The notes: generated by a model from the letters alone, not told the origin. Positions 10,789 to 24,775 are shown, numbered from the stretch's first letter. The stretch is DNA of 64,000 bases from Octopus bimaculoides (GCF_001194135.2 NC_068984.1:55041885-55105884), one strand, 5' to 3'. Made by a program: numbers and translations.

Positions 10789-13700
10789 TAGATCTAATAT
10801 GAGTTATTGCAGCACTATTGTTATCGTACAAAACTACAGGTTAGTATAAAATAAGTTTAGATGATATAATTAACCATAATCAGTGGTGAGTACTACGTTA
10901 ATCAATTTCAGATAATTGGCCAAGTTCAGGTTCTGTTGGAATTTAGAATCAAAATTCAGTGAGAAAGAATTTAATACCATCATTATAAAATTTCGATGCT
11001 GTATGTTTTAACCACACTACCACATTTGTTAGTATTAACAATAACGCAATAATAGTTTTTAAATGCCACTTACTTGTGAGAAAGATTAAAGCCGCTTACA
11101 TCAACCCACAAGTATGAAAAGCTACCTGGACTTGGCGTGATTTGAAACCATGATGCCAAGGACGTAACATACCTCCCAGAAACCGACACTCTGCAAAATT
11201 CATTCTGACATTTCCTAACAGGACCCAGTAATGTGTACAATAAAACGTTTATAAAATGTTTCAAATGTGTGCAGATAAATAAAACAAAGTTATACAAACA
11301 GCGGGAAGAAGCGAAGACATTACACAAAATTTCAAGACACGTTAAAAAATGTTTTTAATTGGCCATAATTCATAGAATGAGTAAACAAATGTCATAAAAA
11401 TACATTCACTTTAAAGAGAGTCACAGCTTCTTGCCTTAGAACAGAATCCTCCACAATTACGATCATCTTAATACTTCATCTGCATTTCGTCCAGAACAGG
11501 AAAACATCCCCCTGAGAAATTGGGTGATGGAACGAATAAGAAAAGGTCCGCACCTCCGTTGTAATTAATACGTATAACACATAATGGGGGTTCTAATATG
11601 TTGTTTATTTGTTGCAGGTTCCACATAATCAGTGCGCATTTCCTCCTAAGTTTGCACTTGAAATGTTCCTAACTGTTCTTTAAATTATATACCAGGTTTT
11701 TGGAAGCACTATAACATAAAGTATCAGGGGGTGGGGATTACGCTTTTAATTGTGTCTCTATGCCTCTACAGATTGTCATCAATTAGCAATCTTCTACTGA
11801 AGCTTGCCAGGCGAAAAAGACAAAATTTGTCCATAATCTGAAATATGGAAAACAAAAACGAAAAAAAAAAATAATAAGGCTGAAAAACATGAGACTGCTT
11901 AGAATATTCTCGACGATAACCAGAAATGTTCCCAAGTCATGATCCCACTAATTTGTATAATGCTCAAGTTAAATTTCTTCTGATGACATTGATATCGTTG
12001 CAGAGACCTAGCAGTGCCTGGTAGCAGTCCAGATGTTAAAACTCGAAATATGACGTGTGCTTAAAGTAACACTGTAATTCAGCTAAGATGTCCAGCTGCA
12101 TTTATGCTATCGGAAGAAAAATCCTTTTAATTATAATATCCAAGAATATAAGAGCAAGCCAATAGGCAACAAGTACACGGTGTTTTTCTGCACAGAGAAT
12201 GAATGTAGAATCATTCATTCTTGGAAATTTCAATGTGCATTAAAAATAAATAATTTCCTGAATATTCATTAAGAAAAAGTTTTCTAATCAGCATTTTTTG
12301 TATGGCATCAGCACGTTTACTATTTTTGTGCTTGCTTTTGCAGTTAATGTAAGTTAGTTTTCAGGTTTAAAGTATTTATCTGAATATATTCATTTTTTAA
12401 AGTGTGAGCGCGATAATTACAACAGAAATTTGTGATTATTAAGCATGTTTATATATGAATTCAATGTCGATCTTTTGCAAATGTACAGGTTTCATTACAT
12501 TTCCGTGATCACGCATTATTCAGAAAGTTTGGAAAAACAAACACTAACATATAACTTCATAAATGTGTGTATATGGATGTATGCATGCATGCACATATTT
12601 AAAATATGTTTGTGCATATTATTACATATGCATACACGCATATTTATGTACAAATATATGCGTGATATAGATATACGTACTAATTTGTATCCATACATTT
12701 ACGATATAGACATACATATTTATGCAAAGATTCTAAACAACATGATACGTTATTAGCTTTGGAAATAATGGCGATGGAAAAGCAGAAGTGCAAAGAACAA
12801 TGTTTGCAAAACAGTATTTAAATAAATATACTAGCGTATTAATTCATATATTACTGTGGTCCACGTTGGCCATCATTCGTCGAAAAATAATGCCTTACAA
12901 TCTGAATGTGCAGTACTAATTTAACCATCACTCTACTTACACTCCAGTCACATTGTTATATTAAACAAATTGAAACTGAATGCTTTCAACAGTCGCAAAC
13001 TGCCTTTTTTTACAGCATTGATTATAAGTTTTAAAATCTAACTGGTATTTTCTGAAGCACTACAAAAATAATTTTGTTTTGACCCTCGCAGGATTTCCCG
13101 ATTTTAAATGGAAACCAACTAATTTCTCGATAAGTTTTAATCAAAACTCAATAATGAAATGTTCTGAGACACTGATTTCTAACTAAAACCTCTGAAAAGA
13201 AGAGTAATTGCAAAAGAAAAAAAACTTTCTGCGATTATTTAACATGATGTTGACTAAACTCTAATTCATTGTGAAAACAAATTTTAAAACGTCGTTGAAT
13301 ACGAGTACCGATAATCGAAATCCTCTTTCACGTTTCATTTTCGAAAGAATGATTGCTTCTGCAGAAATGGGATAAGTACCGGTTTGAACACACTTGTGTA
13401 GAGAGAAGTTTAAACTTTGAAGCTTTCACAAATAAAAAAAAAACTGCAAGAAGTTCTTGATCAATAAAATCCGGCTAAATCAGAAAGGAAACGGATTATA
13501 TAATAGAAATGAGGGAACGAAGTGATCTCAGAATGGTAGTTACATATGGAAGGCGCGTTTTGATAAAACATGATAATTTTAAGAATATCTTATACTCATG
13601 TAAAAAAAAATACCTGAAAATACATATAACCTAAGCTGCATGTAACAGTCATGTAACGAAACCTCCACATTGAGCGTAAATCAAATCTTATAAAGATCAC

Positions 13701-14465
13701 TATGAAGAATTAATTTCATACGTAGAAGTATACTGTATATTCCAACTGCAGATTTAGAAAATTTTGAAGAGTGTTCAGTTTTCAAAATAGTGAACGTTAA
13801 ATTCCATATCAGAAACGTATTGCCTAAAGCTGAAAATCTTCGAAATGATATCCAATAGAATTCTATCAAAAACATGTGAACTTTCCTATCTTCATAAATT
13901 TTCTCTGGCAAAATTTTGTCCGAAGTGAAGCATAATCCCGAAGCATATTTTATTTCCGGTACCACCTCTACATCAACGTCGCCAGATCTGATATACAATC
14001 ATTTCTCTAGTATATTTGCACTAGTTATTATTCTCATTTCCCTCAATTTTACTAGAACGCAAATTATAGAACTAATTTCTCATCTCTTCCTCTATCCCAA
14101 TCTAGCATTTATACAACCTGTGTATTTAATGTTTCTGTATCCAAAATCATGGATTTTGAATACAGTAAAAAGTCTGTTCATTTAACGACGATTGATAAAT
14201 GGACGGTCTACGTGGGTCAGCTGAAATGGTTCATTGGCTGATCAAGACATTCCCATGGAATATGACCAAATGATATTTATTATTTAATATATTCCCCCTG
14301 TGCAGTCAACATACTTCTTCCTTCAGAGTTGCAGTCCTTGAAACCCATTGGTGAGGAAGCTTTTGTCTTGTTGATTAAAAGACAGTAGCAGTAGATATGA
14401 CATCATGATAACTGTGACACTGGTCCCCAGCGAAATGCTTTTTCCTGTTGAAGAAGAGATGATAG

Positions 14466-15413
14466 TCAGATGGGAACATTGTCCTGATGCGACAAAACAC
14501 CTCGCCTCAGTTTTCCAGGGCGTTTGGGCTTGATAGGTTTTCGTAACTGTCTCAGCGAGATGGCATTGTACTCTCCATTGATGGTGTAGCCCTTTTGAAG
14601 ATTGTCAATAAACATCATGCCTTTTGCATCCCAAAAACTGAGGCCGTCACCTTCCCTGGAGAGGAAACAACTTTGGCCTTCTTTGCAGAAAGTGAGAGGG
14701 TGTTTCCACTGCATGTATTGTCTCTTTGTTTTTGGCTCAAAGTGATGAATACGATACTCATTTTAGCTTAGGGTACGTTCAAGGAAATGAGCTAGATCTG
14801 CTTCAAACAATATCCGTTTTTCCCGTGATGTGATCAGGCTAGTGCACTTTTGATCAGGTGTCAGAAGACGTGACACACACAAAGCAGAAACCTTTGTCAT
14901 GCCAATTTCATTGTGCCGAATTTTCTCAAACATCTCACGAGATATGCTAATAGCATTGCCTATTTGATTTATAGTTAATCGTCTGTTATCCATCAGCATG
15001 TGGTGAATACGATCAATGTTTTCTTCGGTGATGGTAGTTGTAGGATGTCCAGACCCTGGGTCATCCTCAAAGGTCTCCCATCTCCTCCTAAATTCAGCTG
15101 CCCATTTTTGCACCGTTGATAAAGCTGGATGAGCGTCATCTACTAATGTAGCAAGCTTGTAAGCATGAATGTGCTTGGGAGCTAACCCTTTTTTCTGCAG
15201 GTACTTGACAACACCACGATGCCAAATTTTGGTCAATTTCAAAAAGAGTCGCCATAAATTACTTTTGAAGTTTTCTTGAACAGCCAGGTATCAGTTTACT
15301 TTAAAAAAACAATGCAGTTATTAATAAACTTTGAAATTAATGCACGCAAGATTTTACAATTGTAGCATCCCTCCTTCTTAGTCAGCCTATAGACTTTTCA
15401 GCTCACTCTTGTA
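14466..15413 (-). mobile_element. Mariner transposase pseudogene, 3'-truncated
   Basis: 5' TIR TACAAGAGTGAGCTGAAAAGTC at 15413; HTH region, CVSRLLTP (WVPRLL-like), first catalytic QDE replaced by stop-NE, HHFEPKTKRQ.MQWKH, FWDAKG, HQDN; ends before YSPDL. Confidence 0.92.
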
Positions 15414-18114
15414 CCATCATATCAATTACTCACTATCTTTGTCCTTTATTCCTGACATTTCCGAAACAAGTGGGTTACTGATGCCATTCCTCTAAGTATA
15501 TTTTTATACGTCATTCATACAACTAATGCCTCCAGTGCTAAATCCATAAGTAGTTTTGTTACAACTTCGCTGTATTAGTACATTCAAATAATACTCAGTA
15601 TTCTACACTACAGGAAATTTACACACTATCAACTCTTTTGGAAAACTCCCAGGAGGAACGGATTTGTAATCTCTCAAACTTTGTCCGGCGTATATAATCT
15701 CTTCCCTGATTTCTCATACTCACAGCTGTTCAACCAATGTATCTTTGCGAGTCAGATAACTCTCCAAATACAATCATCAAAATTTAGCTTTTCTTTTCCT
15801 TCCGTTTGCGCCCGGGTCCATGCTGTACACGAAATATTTCCTAGCGTTCCTTTTCTTAGTGTTTTTTACAAACTCGTGCACATTGCTACTAAAGTCAACA
15901 AACTTACTTGTTTACAACACAATAGAGTAGTCAGTTTTTCTCTCATTTCTTAATTATGCTCAAAGAGTGGGCTCTTAAGCTGGCGCTTACTCTTTAATCA
16001 TTTTGTGAATAGGGATCAGTTTCCATCTATAGAAATTTGTAATAGTGTGCTCCATTCTTTCTGCTCCTGTCAAATAATGATCAGCCCACCCACTTCAAGA
16101 GAGCATTAAAGGCTTTAAAAATCTATACCTTCATCCATTCAAATGTCACTGCCTTTAAGTTTGTCATTAATACAATTTTTTTAAGAACCAGATAATGTAT
16201 AGAACGCAAACAAAAAATCCAGCATTACACTAAATCTGGTGCTCCTTAGTTTTGATTGTTTCTCGTGCTCGTTCTTCTCAGCATTAAAAAAGTATGTAAT
16301 TTTGTTGCTTTTAGCATGATTAACATTAAGATTCTTTCGCAATCTTCCGTACACAGAGGCAATCAATGCGTTATTCTACTTAACGTATGTCGCACCTCAA
16401 ATGCAGTCGGAACCAGAAATCTACGAGAACATCAAATCGAGATGAATGATTCTCTCTGTGGTGCATGTATCGCGTTCAGATGGCTCTTTGAAGGAAAAAT
16501 TCCTCCGTTTCACCACCTCAATGTCAGATGCCCTGCAAAAGGTCATGAGCATTTCAGTTCCTCCCGTGACTAAATCATAAATAAGAACTGTTTTACATTC
16601 TACATAGTAAGAGTGCTCCCCGCTGCTCACATGTGAAGCCATATTGGTACTAAATACATAAATGTCCGAGACTTTTTGCATCAGAAGATGGCTTGGTTGA
16701 TTAACTACAATTCACTTGCCAATATACTATGTTCACTTGCTTTCAGTCGTACTCTTTCTTCCTTGCGTCTGTTTCGTAGTACGTAGGAGGAAGTGTCAGC
16801 ACAAAAGCGTGTAAGCTTATTGTGATGACATCTCTGCATAAGTAACCGCAACATGAATTTCTCTCACTGAGAGTTCCTCCCATATTTTCAATAAAAATTG
16901 AAAATATGGGACAAACTTTGCTTGATGATAACCTCTAAATGTCATAGGTTTCTGCCTTTTCATTTTTACGGTTTACCTGTGAAATCTCTTCTCCGAAGAA
17001 ATGCATATTCGTAGAAAGATAGCTTGCATTCAAAATTATGTTTACTGACATGCTATAGATAAAATTTGCTAGAAAATTAATATTGACTGACACAATTTCC
17101 AGTACGAAAGAAACACTCTCCAAGATATCATCACATTCATGAGAGTTAATTGCATTTCTATATGTTGGCAAGAAATTTGTATTTCTTAGTGGGGAGTGAC
17201 ATTACCTGAAAATAATGTAAGATATTAATTCAAAAGATTTTGAAATTATATTTTGCTAAAATGCTATTAGTTCTCCATTAAAGATATTATGGAGTTGTCG
17301 CCACTTTTCTACTAAATGGTACATTGATGATCTACGCAAGGAAAAAAATACGCGAGCTGTCTAAAGAATATGTCAAGTAACTCAATAGATCATAATCAAA
17401 GCTATTTCCAGAGAAAATATAGCAATATTCGGAAATTTACGAGAGAATACAATACACACTAATTAACAGAAAATAGACAAAAAAGAAATTGAATTCATGC
17501 GCGTCATCCGTCTTATATTTGAAGATTATGATCACTTAAAAACAAATGAATACTGTGATATACACATATCTCTACATACATGCAAACATGCGTTTATACA
17601 AACATACATTTAAATACTTTTAGGCGCACAGTTACTTGATTATATTTAGCGACTCTTACAAATAGACATACATCGCTCACATATACTCAGTACTCGTGCA
17701 CAAATAAATACATGTATTAAACACACACACACACACACACACACATACACACACGCGTACACAAACATACACACACACATATAGTATATATAGACAAAAG
17801 CACACACACATATGGACTAATTTATTTTCACATATTCCCAAACATATTTTCATATTTAGAGAATGCGCATTTCATCATGCAAAGAATATTTGCCTTTGTA
17901 CACAATATATATGGAAAATATACACATTCAAACTAATATTATAAATAAACAAAATGACCCAAAATGAATAGACATAATAATGCTTCAAATTCTAATGTCT
18001 CACAGTGAAGAAAAAGAAATTATGAAAATTTTCTTACGGATATTCTCCATTTCAGTAACAGAGAAATCCAAGAAATCTCCAAATTATCAAAATCAATCTA
18101 CAATAACAAGCATA

Positions 18115-18340
18115 CTGATAATAGTTTCAAATTTTAGCAGAAGGCCTACAATTTTATAGGGGTGAGGCGTCAGTCTATCACATCGGTTCATTACTCAACT
18201 AGCACGTATTTTATTGATCTCGAAAAGATGATAGGTCAAGTAGACCTCACTTAATTTGAACTCAGAATGTAAACAGTTGGAAGAAAATTATCTAAGCATT
18301 TTGTACGATGTACTATCGGTTCCACCAACTGCTCACTGAG
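18115..18340 (-). mobile_element. Decayed family A SINE
   Basis: GTTTCAAATTTT.GCA..AGGC...TTTATTGATCTCGAAAAGATG...AATTTGAACTCAGAATGTAA...CAACTGCTCAC. Confidence 0.7.
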
Positions 18341-18351
18341 CTAAGGAGAAT

Positions 18352-18353
18352 TC

Positions 18354-18388
<35 letters not shown>

Positions 18389-18390
18389 GA
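18352..18390. repeat. (TAA)n microsatellite
   Basis: Visible repeat. Confidence 0.95.
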
Positions 18391-18519
18391 AATGATCGCA
18401 ATTATAAGGAAAGTATGACTTAAAGGCAGTAATAAGTAACGTATTATTTGAGCATAGTATACCTTTGCAGACACCTCAATAAGAATTTAAAAAATATTTG
18501 CATGCAGAAAATATACACA

Positions 18520-18584
18520 TTTACACAGACACACTCACAGACACACAGACACAGACACAGACAGCCAGACAGACAGACAGACAG

Positions 18585-18616
<32 letters not shown>
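18520..18616. repeat. (CAGA)n/(CA)n microsatellite
   Basis: Visible repeat. Confidence 0.9.
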
Positions 18617-18617
<1 letters not shown>

Positions 18618-19009
18618 GTTTACTGTTTCGTGATGGTAAGATCAACAAAAAATGTACTCCTAGTGGGAGACAAATATTATTTGATAAGCACAATATATAT
18701 TTTTATGTGCTGCTATTAGCTTCATATACCGAGACCATGTTTTATAACACGTCTGATGTCCCAGTACAATCATCAGACGCTGCCCACATGGCATAACGAG
18801 CTCAAAATGGGACGAGAGTAAAAGCGAGAAAATGCGAGAAGGTGGAAGGTTGAAAAACAGGAAAAACGAAATTAGAAAGAAGCAAAAGTGGGAATACGTG
18901 TTATTGCTTTTGGCCCATAAGTTATAAGGCTGAAACGATATTGGCTTAAAGTTAAATATACTGTAAAAGCGAGTTCCATTCATTGAAATTTTCAGCACAT
19001 CTTATGAAT

Positions 19010-19810
19010 GCTCACTGCACCTGTGAAAATGTTAGTTGCATTGTTGTAGTATTAAAATCAAAATGCGTTTACTTTCGAAAGATAGCTCCATCCATTGTAA
19101 AACCAGTTACATTGACTTTAAAATGGAACTACGCTTGTTAAATCGCTTCTTGTAACAGCCAACTGCACTTGTAACAGAGAGTTGAGAAAATTAGTCGTAA
19201 AAGCTAGCTACACCTGTTACAGTAACTAGATTTACTTCGTGTAAAAGCTAGCAGTACGTGTTGCAAAAGCCAGCTTTATTTGTAATAAAAGCCAGAAGCA
19301 CTTTTAAAATGAATTTGGACTTGTAAAACCCAGTTGCACTTGCAATAAAAGCTACATACACTTTTAAAATCCAGTTGCACTTGTGAAGCTCAACAGATCT
19401 TGTTGTATCAGCGCACTTGCACTTACTGTACATGTCAGCTGATGTCTTCACAAAAATAGGTGTACTTATAAAGCTAGCTACACCTGAAAATGTCATGTGT
19501 ATTTGTTGCAAAGGCAGTTCATTTATAGAAAACAACATTGTTCTTGTGGACATTATTTTCTCTGGTTTGTAGTAGGCTCCTGTTTTAGGTATGAGCTGCA
19601 CTTGTAAAAATTGTTCACTCTTGCTAACTTAGAAAATGTCACTGCTTATATCGTAAAGATCCGCTGCACTTACATGAACCATTTGCATTCGTAAAAGCTA
19701 ATCAAACCGGCAAAACACTGGCCAAACGGTAATACTTGTAGGAGCAAGTTACCGATATTGAAGCCATCTGCCTGTGTTTTACAAGCCATGTGTAATTGTA
19801 AAACCCAGAA
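19010..19810. repeat. Degenerate minisatellite, ~19-bp unit (approx. TGCACTTGTAAAAGCCAGY)
   Basis: Recurrent GCACTTGTAAAA / GTAAAAGCTA / AAAACCCAGTTGCAC words, e.g. TTGTAAAACCCAGTTGCAC and TTTTAAAATCCAGTTGCAC in 19321-19380. Confidence 0.7.
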
Positions 19811-20093
19811 TAAAGTTCCTCATGTATTAAATTTTTTTAGCATCATATTTCATTGTTCTTAAACGTCTTTAAAGTCTCACAAAAGACAAAATAGATTCAT
19901 TTCGTTAAAAATTCTGGAAATTTACTAAGATAAATATACTTTTAGTGAAATTAAAATAAATTCAGCCATACTTTTATTTTTTCTTTTAATCCAAAATTTG
20001 TTCTATAGTGTGTTAAAGGGTTATGGATTTTTTTCAAACTCTAAAACTATTTTCAGTTTCCCAGATTAAAAAGAGAAAAATATAGGACGGGAA

Positions 20094-20512
20094 NNNNNNN
20101 NNNNNNNNNNNNNNNNNNNNNNNNNNNNNNNNNNNNNNNNNNNNNNNNNNNNNNNNNNNNNNNNNNNNNNNNNNNNNNNNNNNNNNNNNNNNNNNNNNNN
20201 NNNNNNNNNNNNNNNNNNNNNNNNNNNNNNNNNNNNNNNNNNNNNNNNNNNNNNNNNNNNNNNNNNNNNNNNNNNNNNNNNNNNNNNNNNNNNNNNNNNN
20301 NNNNNNNNNNNNNNNNNNNNNNNNNNNNNNNNNNNNNNNNNNNNNNNNNNNNNNNNNNNNNNNNNNNNNNNNNNNNNNNNNNNNNNNNNNNNNNNNNNNN
20401 NNNNNNNNNNNNNNNNNNNNNNNNNNNNNNNNNNNNNNNNNNNNNNNNNNNNNNNNNNNNNNNNNNNNNNNNNNNNNNNNNNNNNNNNNNNNNNNNNNNN
20501 NNNNNNNNNNNN
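20094..20512. other. Assembly gap
   Basis: N-run. Confidence 0.99.
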
Positions 20513-20674
20513 AGCAGGTTAATAGCTTTATAATATTCAAACTATGGCTGTAGAAATTGCTTCCCAAGACAAGCGGGCGCCATTTCTTAACATATTAATG
20601 TTCATAGCCCTGTGGCTCTTTTCTCAGTTTTTCTACCTCTTTGATTAGATATTGCTAGGTAAACTGTACACCAG

Positions 20675-20716
<42 letters not shown>

Positions 20717-22479
20717 TGCAAAAACACCCCAAAGTATGTATTTCTTTAATATGAGCCCCATTTATCTGTGTCCAGCCTAGGTGCCTCCTATCTATATGTC
20801 TGATCTGACAGTGACTTGGATATTATGTGCTGCTCTATGTGTACAGGCTCTCCAATTTATTTAACATCAGATATATTATGTTAAAGTTGAAGCTTATAAC
20901 ATATGTAACGGACGTAATTATACCTATTATATTTTCCCTAACTTGTTTAATGTAAGTCTGACTCTACTGTAAAAGTCGTTTATAAAATTTTCTATCGTTT
21001 CTATGAGATTCTGAATATTTGTATAGATAATTCTATTCTGAATTCATTGTATAGGTAATTCTATTCTGACACTTCGTTGTCTTTATCCAATTCAATGTAT
21101 TTGGTTGTAGTCAATTTGTTGTCTTAGTTTATAGTAGCTTTGGCAAATTTTCCTAGCAGCATAACTCTTTTTATATTCATGTTGAATTCTTGAACCATCT
21201 GGGTATTACCCGTTTGTAGTTTCAACCATCCATATTGGTTGTTTGAAATACGTGTAAAATTTGCTAATTTCGAGGGTTTAACTTAGAAAATGTGTAATTT
21301 CAAATGTCGCCGAAGAGTAGCAAGAAAAAATGAATCTTCTAGAAGATTAATCTTGTTAAGGGTTGGCTTTAATGAAATTGCATTTGACCATCAACCGTAT
21401 GATAATATACTGTTTCCACATGACACCACTTCATTTACTGTAAGGTTTGGGATATGTTTAACTGATATGGAATGTCACTAATATCCAAGTCAGTGATTTG
21501 ATATTAAAAGCTTTTCTCTGATTTTACTCCTTTTAATAACTGAATATTTGGACAGTAGCTGCTGTTTTCGTTAATGCATTTTTTCGGCACTCTTTCTACG
21601 ATTTTCTTGAAAGATGTTACAGTAGCATTCCAACTAAGCTGTATACAGTCTGCTGTCGAGTAAAGATTAAAGAGAAATGTATGTCGGCAAAATAGTCATG
21701 GCTTACTTTTGGCGGAAATCAATCCTGCGGTTATTTGTTGGATCGATTTGTTTACTAGTTTACCGAATGCAGTCGCCACATATTAAAAATTACATAGTAA
21801 GTTCTTCGGTCGAAGGCAGGGATTATAAATCCAAGAGTTCTCCCGGGGTTGCATTCCGTATGCTTTTGATTGTGCTGACTCTGTTTATTCTATAGGTCAT
21901 GCTTTCACTTCTGCAGGTTTTCATATATAATGTTGCACTTGCTTCTGTAAATGAGCCTATAACGCTTCATTCATTCAAAGAATTTCTTTTCGCGAAGCAC
22001 TCACATCTGCGCCTCGTTTTACCCCACTCACTTCACCGATATTCTGAAATCATTCATTTACTTTCAAGGTGTCCTTTTGTATTTTTATCAATGTGTGTTT
22101 TCTTATTTTATTTTTTAGCTTTTCATATAATTTCTTTTTACTTTGCTGACTAAGGTTGGGTTTTTGCCTATATTTTTCACTTTTATGCGTCATTGATTAT
22201 TTCTCAAGAAAACCTCATGTATTATGTAGTTATTATTGCTCTCTATTTTTTTTTTCATTATATATATGTTTTGATAGAGCTTGGAGAGAATGATTGATCT
22301 TGAGACTGAATAAAAAAATAATCTTACAGTCCCAGCCTCGTGTCCTACGCGTTTCCACGGATACTGAGCTTTTTCATTATCCAATTCCATTCTAATTTGT
22401 CAGTGATTCATGTAAGGAATTTTATAGTAATCAAACACTACTAATGATCTCAGTATTATTATAGTTTCTTGTGAGACAG

Positions 22480-22511
22480 ATCTATCTATCTATCTTTCTA
22501 TCTTTCTTTCC

Positions 22512-22554
<43 letters not shown>

Positions 22555-22575
22555 AAGATAGATAGATAGATAGAT
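22480..22575. repeat. (TATC)n followed by inverted (GATA)n
   Basis: ...TATCTATC-AA-GATAGATAG... junction at 22555-22556. Confidence 0.92.
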
Positions 22576-22576
22576 T

Positions 22577-22968
22577 GGCGCAGATGTGGCTGTGTGGTAA
22601 AAAGCTTGCTTCCCAACTACGTAGTTCTGAGTTCAGATTCCACGCAGTGGAACATTCGGTAAGTGTCTCCTACTATAGCCTATGGCTGATCAAAGCTTCG
22701 TGAGTGGATATGGTTGACGGAAAACTGAAACCAGCCCATCATATACACATGTATATATCTATGTATGTGTTTCTTTCTACTTGTGTTTGTCCACCATCGA
22801 CGGTGTTGGTGTGTTTACGTCCCCGTAACCAAGCGCTTCTGTAAAAGGGACTAATAGAATAAGTAATAGGCTTAGAAATAAGGCTTGAGGTCGAATTGTT
22901 CGACTAAACCTCCTCGGTGCTCCAGCATGGTCACTGTGAAATGACTGAAACAAGTAAAAGAATAAAAG
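22577..22968 (+). mobile_element. tRNA-derived SINE family C (near full length, internal TA/TG microsatellite)
   Basis: GGCGCAG.TGTGGCTGTGTGGT..AAGCTTGCTTCCCAAC...GAGTTCAG..., GGTGTGTTTACGTCCCCGTAAC, end GGTGCTCCAGCATGG...AATGACTGAAACAAGTAAAAGA. Confidence 0.88.
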
Positions 22969-23159
22969 AATATATATATATATATATATATGTACATGCG
23001 CACGCAAATACACACACAAACACACACACACATATATATACGCATTTAAGTAGATAGACAGATAGAGAGAGAGAGAGAGAGGGAGACAGAGATCGACTGA
23101 GAGAAAGATAGAGAGATATTAATACATAGATATGTGCACGTGCATTTCTTTTGCATGTA

Positions 23160-24053
23160 CGTGGTCTAATCAATATGTATCGGGACTGTTGCCATATTAA
23201 CCAAGATAAAGCACGCAGAGTAAAGTCAATTGGCAAAAATTGACCTCAAAATCTGTTGAGCATGCGCATTAAGATTTAACGTTCTAGTCCACTTCCGCTG
23301 TTTACGGCAGTACTTGGAACGAAGGTGTGTGTAGCGTGCGATCGTCGCATTTGTCATGACAGAGAAAGTTGTCATGACGATACCTGCTCAGATGCCGACG
23401 CAAAGTTGCAGAAAGTGTTCGGAGAGAAGTGTATGAGCAGCACACAAGTGTACTGGTGTTTCATACATTTCCAAGATGGCCTACAAAATGTTGATATTGA
23501 CAAACGTTCTTGGAGACCCGCAACCAACAGAACTGAGAAAGAAACATCGCAGATGTGCGTACAGCTGTGAGGGAAAATCGTCGAATCACCATTCGTGAGT
23601 TATCAGAGGATGCGCAAATAAGTTACAGTTCAGTTCAGTCTATTATTACTGAAGATTTGGGTATGAATCGTGTACCTGCCAAGTTTGTGCCAGAACTACT
23701 TTCAGCTGACCAACATAACAATCGGGTTTCAGTTACATAAGATCTTGATTATGTCGAGAACGATGAAAACTTTTCGAAAACTGCGTAGGACCCTGAGCAG
23801 GTATCCCCAAGCTTTTGGCAAAATGTGATGCAGATTCTTTGCTCAACATTTTCTGTCATGGTCAATTCGACTATCATACGCTACACACCTACCTTCCAAG
23901 CACTGCTGCAAACAGCGGAAGGTAGCTAGAACGTTAAAACTTAGTGCGTATGCACAAGGAAGTTTAAGGTTAATCTGTGCCGAGTGAATTTTCTCTGCGT
24001 GTCTTAGATTCGTTACTATGGCAACAGTTCAGCTACTTATTGATCAGACCACG
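23160..24053 (+). mobile_element. Internally deleted, frameshifted mariner with both TIRs
   Basis: TA-flanked TIRs CGTGGTCTAATCAATATGTATCGGGACTGTTGCCAT / ATGGCAACAGTTCAGCTACTTATTGATCAGACCACG; translations KLQKVFGEKCMSSTQVY and VRENRRITIRELS...EDLGMNRVPAKFVP. Confidence 0.9.
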
Positions 24054-24639
24054 TATATATAAGTATGTACATATATACATATGGATTTAGCATTGCCTCG
24101 GACTAACGGCTTATGGCTTATTACGTAAGTCAACAGACTGAATGAGCAGTTAGGCGAATTGAAAGGTCTAGTAAACAAGACCTTCACCATTAATTCGACT
24201 CTTACCTCAGTATTCGATGACATCAACTTAAAATTTTCCATTATCACTTTTTATCTAGTCTTAATAACCATCATTTAATCCTTTGCTCACATTCTCACAC
24301 ACTCACCCATATATACAAATGCAATTCTCTCGTCCTCACAACTGTTTGATACTTCAGTCTCTGCTTCACATTTATTGGCTTCTTTGATGCTAGAATCTAG
24401 TGCATTTTTTTCGAGCTATTTCTCGGTTATTCTATAGAAATATAATAATTGTCTACTTGTAAAAGCCTACCTCTCTGAATTTGTAGTAAATATAATCTTT
24501 CATCATCGACATTCGTGTGCTGTATTTTGTATTACTCATTACTTTTACGTTTTGTTTTCCTGTCTAGTCTGGTTAATTCACTTTACTTTCTGCAGAGAAT
24601 ATAAGTGATAACTGGAACAACTAAAATACTGATACATAG

Positions 24640-24708
<69 letters not shown>

Positions 24709-24723
24709 AACACACACACACAT

Positions 24724-24772
<49 letters not shown>
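24640..24772. repeat. (CA)n then (TA)n microsatellite
   Basis: Visible repeat. Confidence 0.96.

Positions 24773-24775
<3 letters not shown>

Noticed and set aside
13681-13998. 105-aa minus-strand ORF
   Set aside because: No recognisable motif, weak acceptor and no good donor; an ORF of this length is plausible by chance
15470-16681. Long, mostly collinear minus-strand frames suggesting a pseudogene or old transposase
   Set aside because: Several stops and no motif I can assign to a family; needs a profile search
20900-22400. Possible decayed LINE endonuclease region on the minus strand
   Set aside because: Only vague motif echoes; too degraded to support a call
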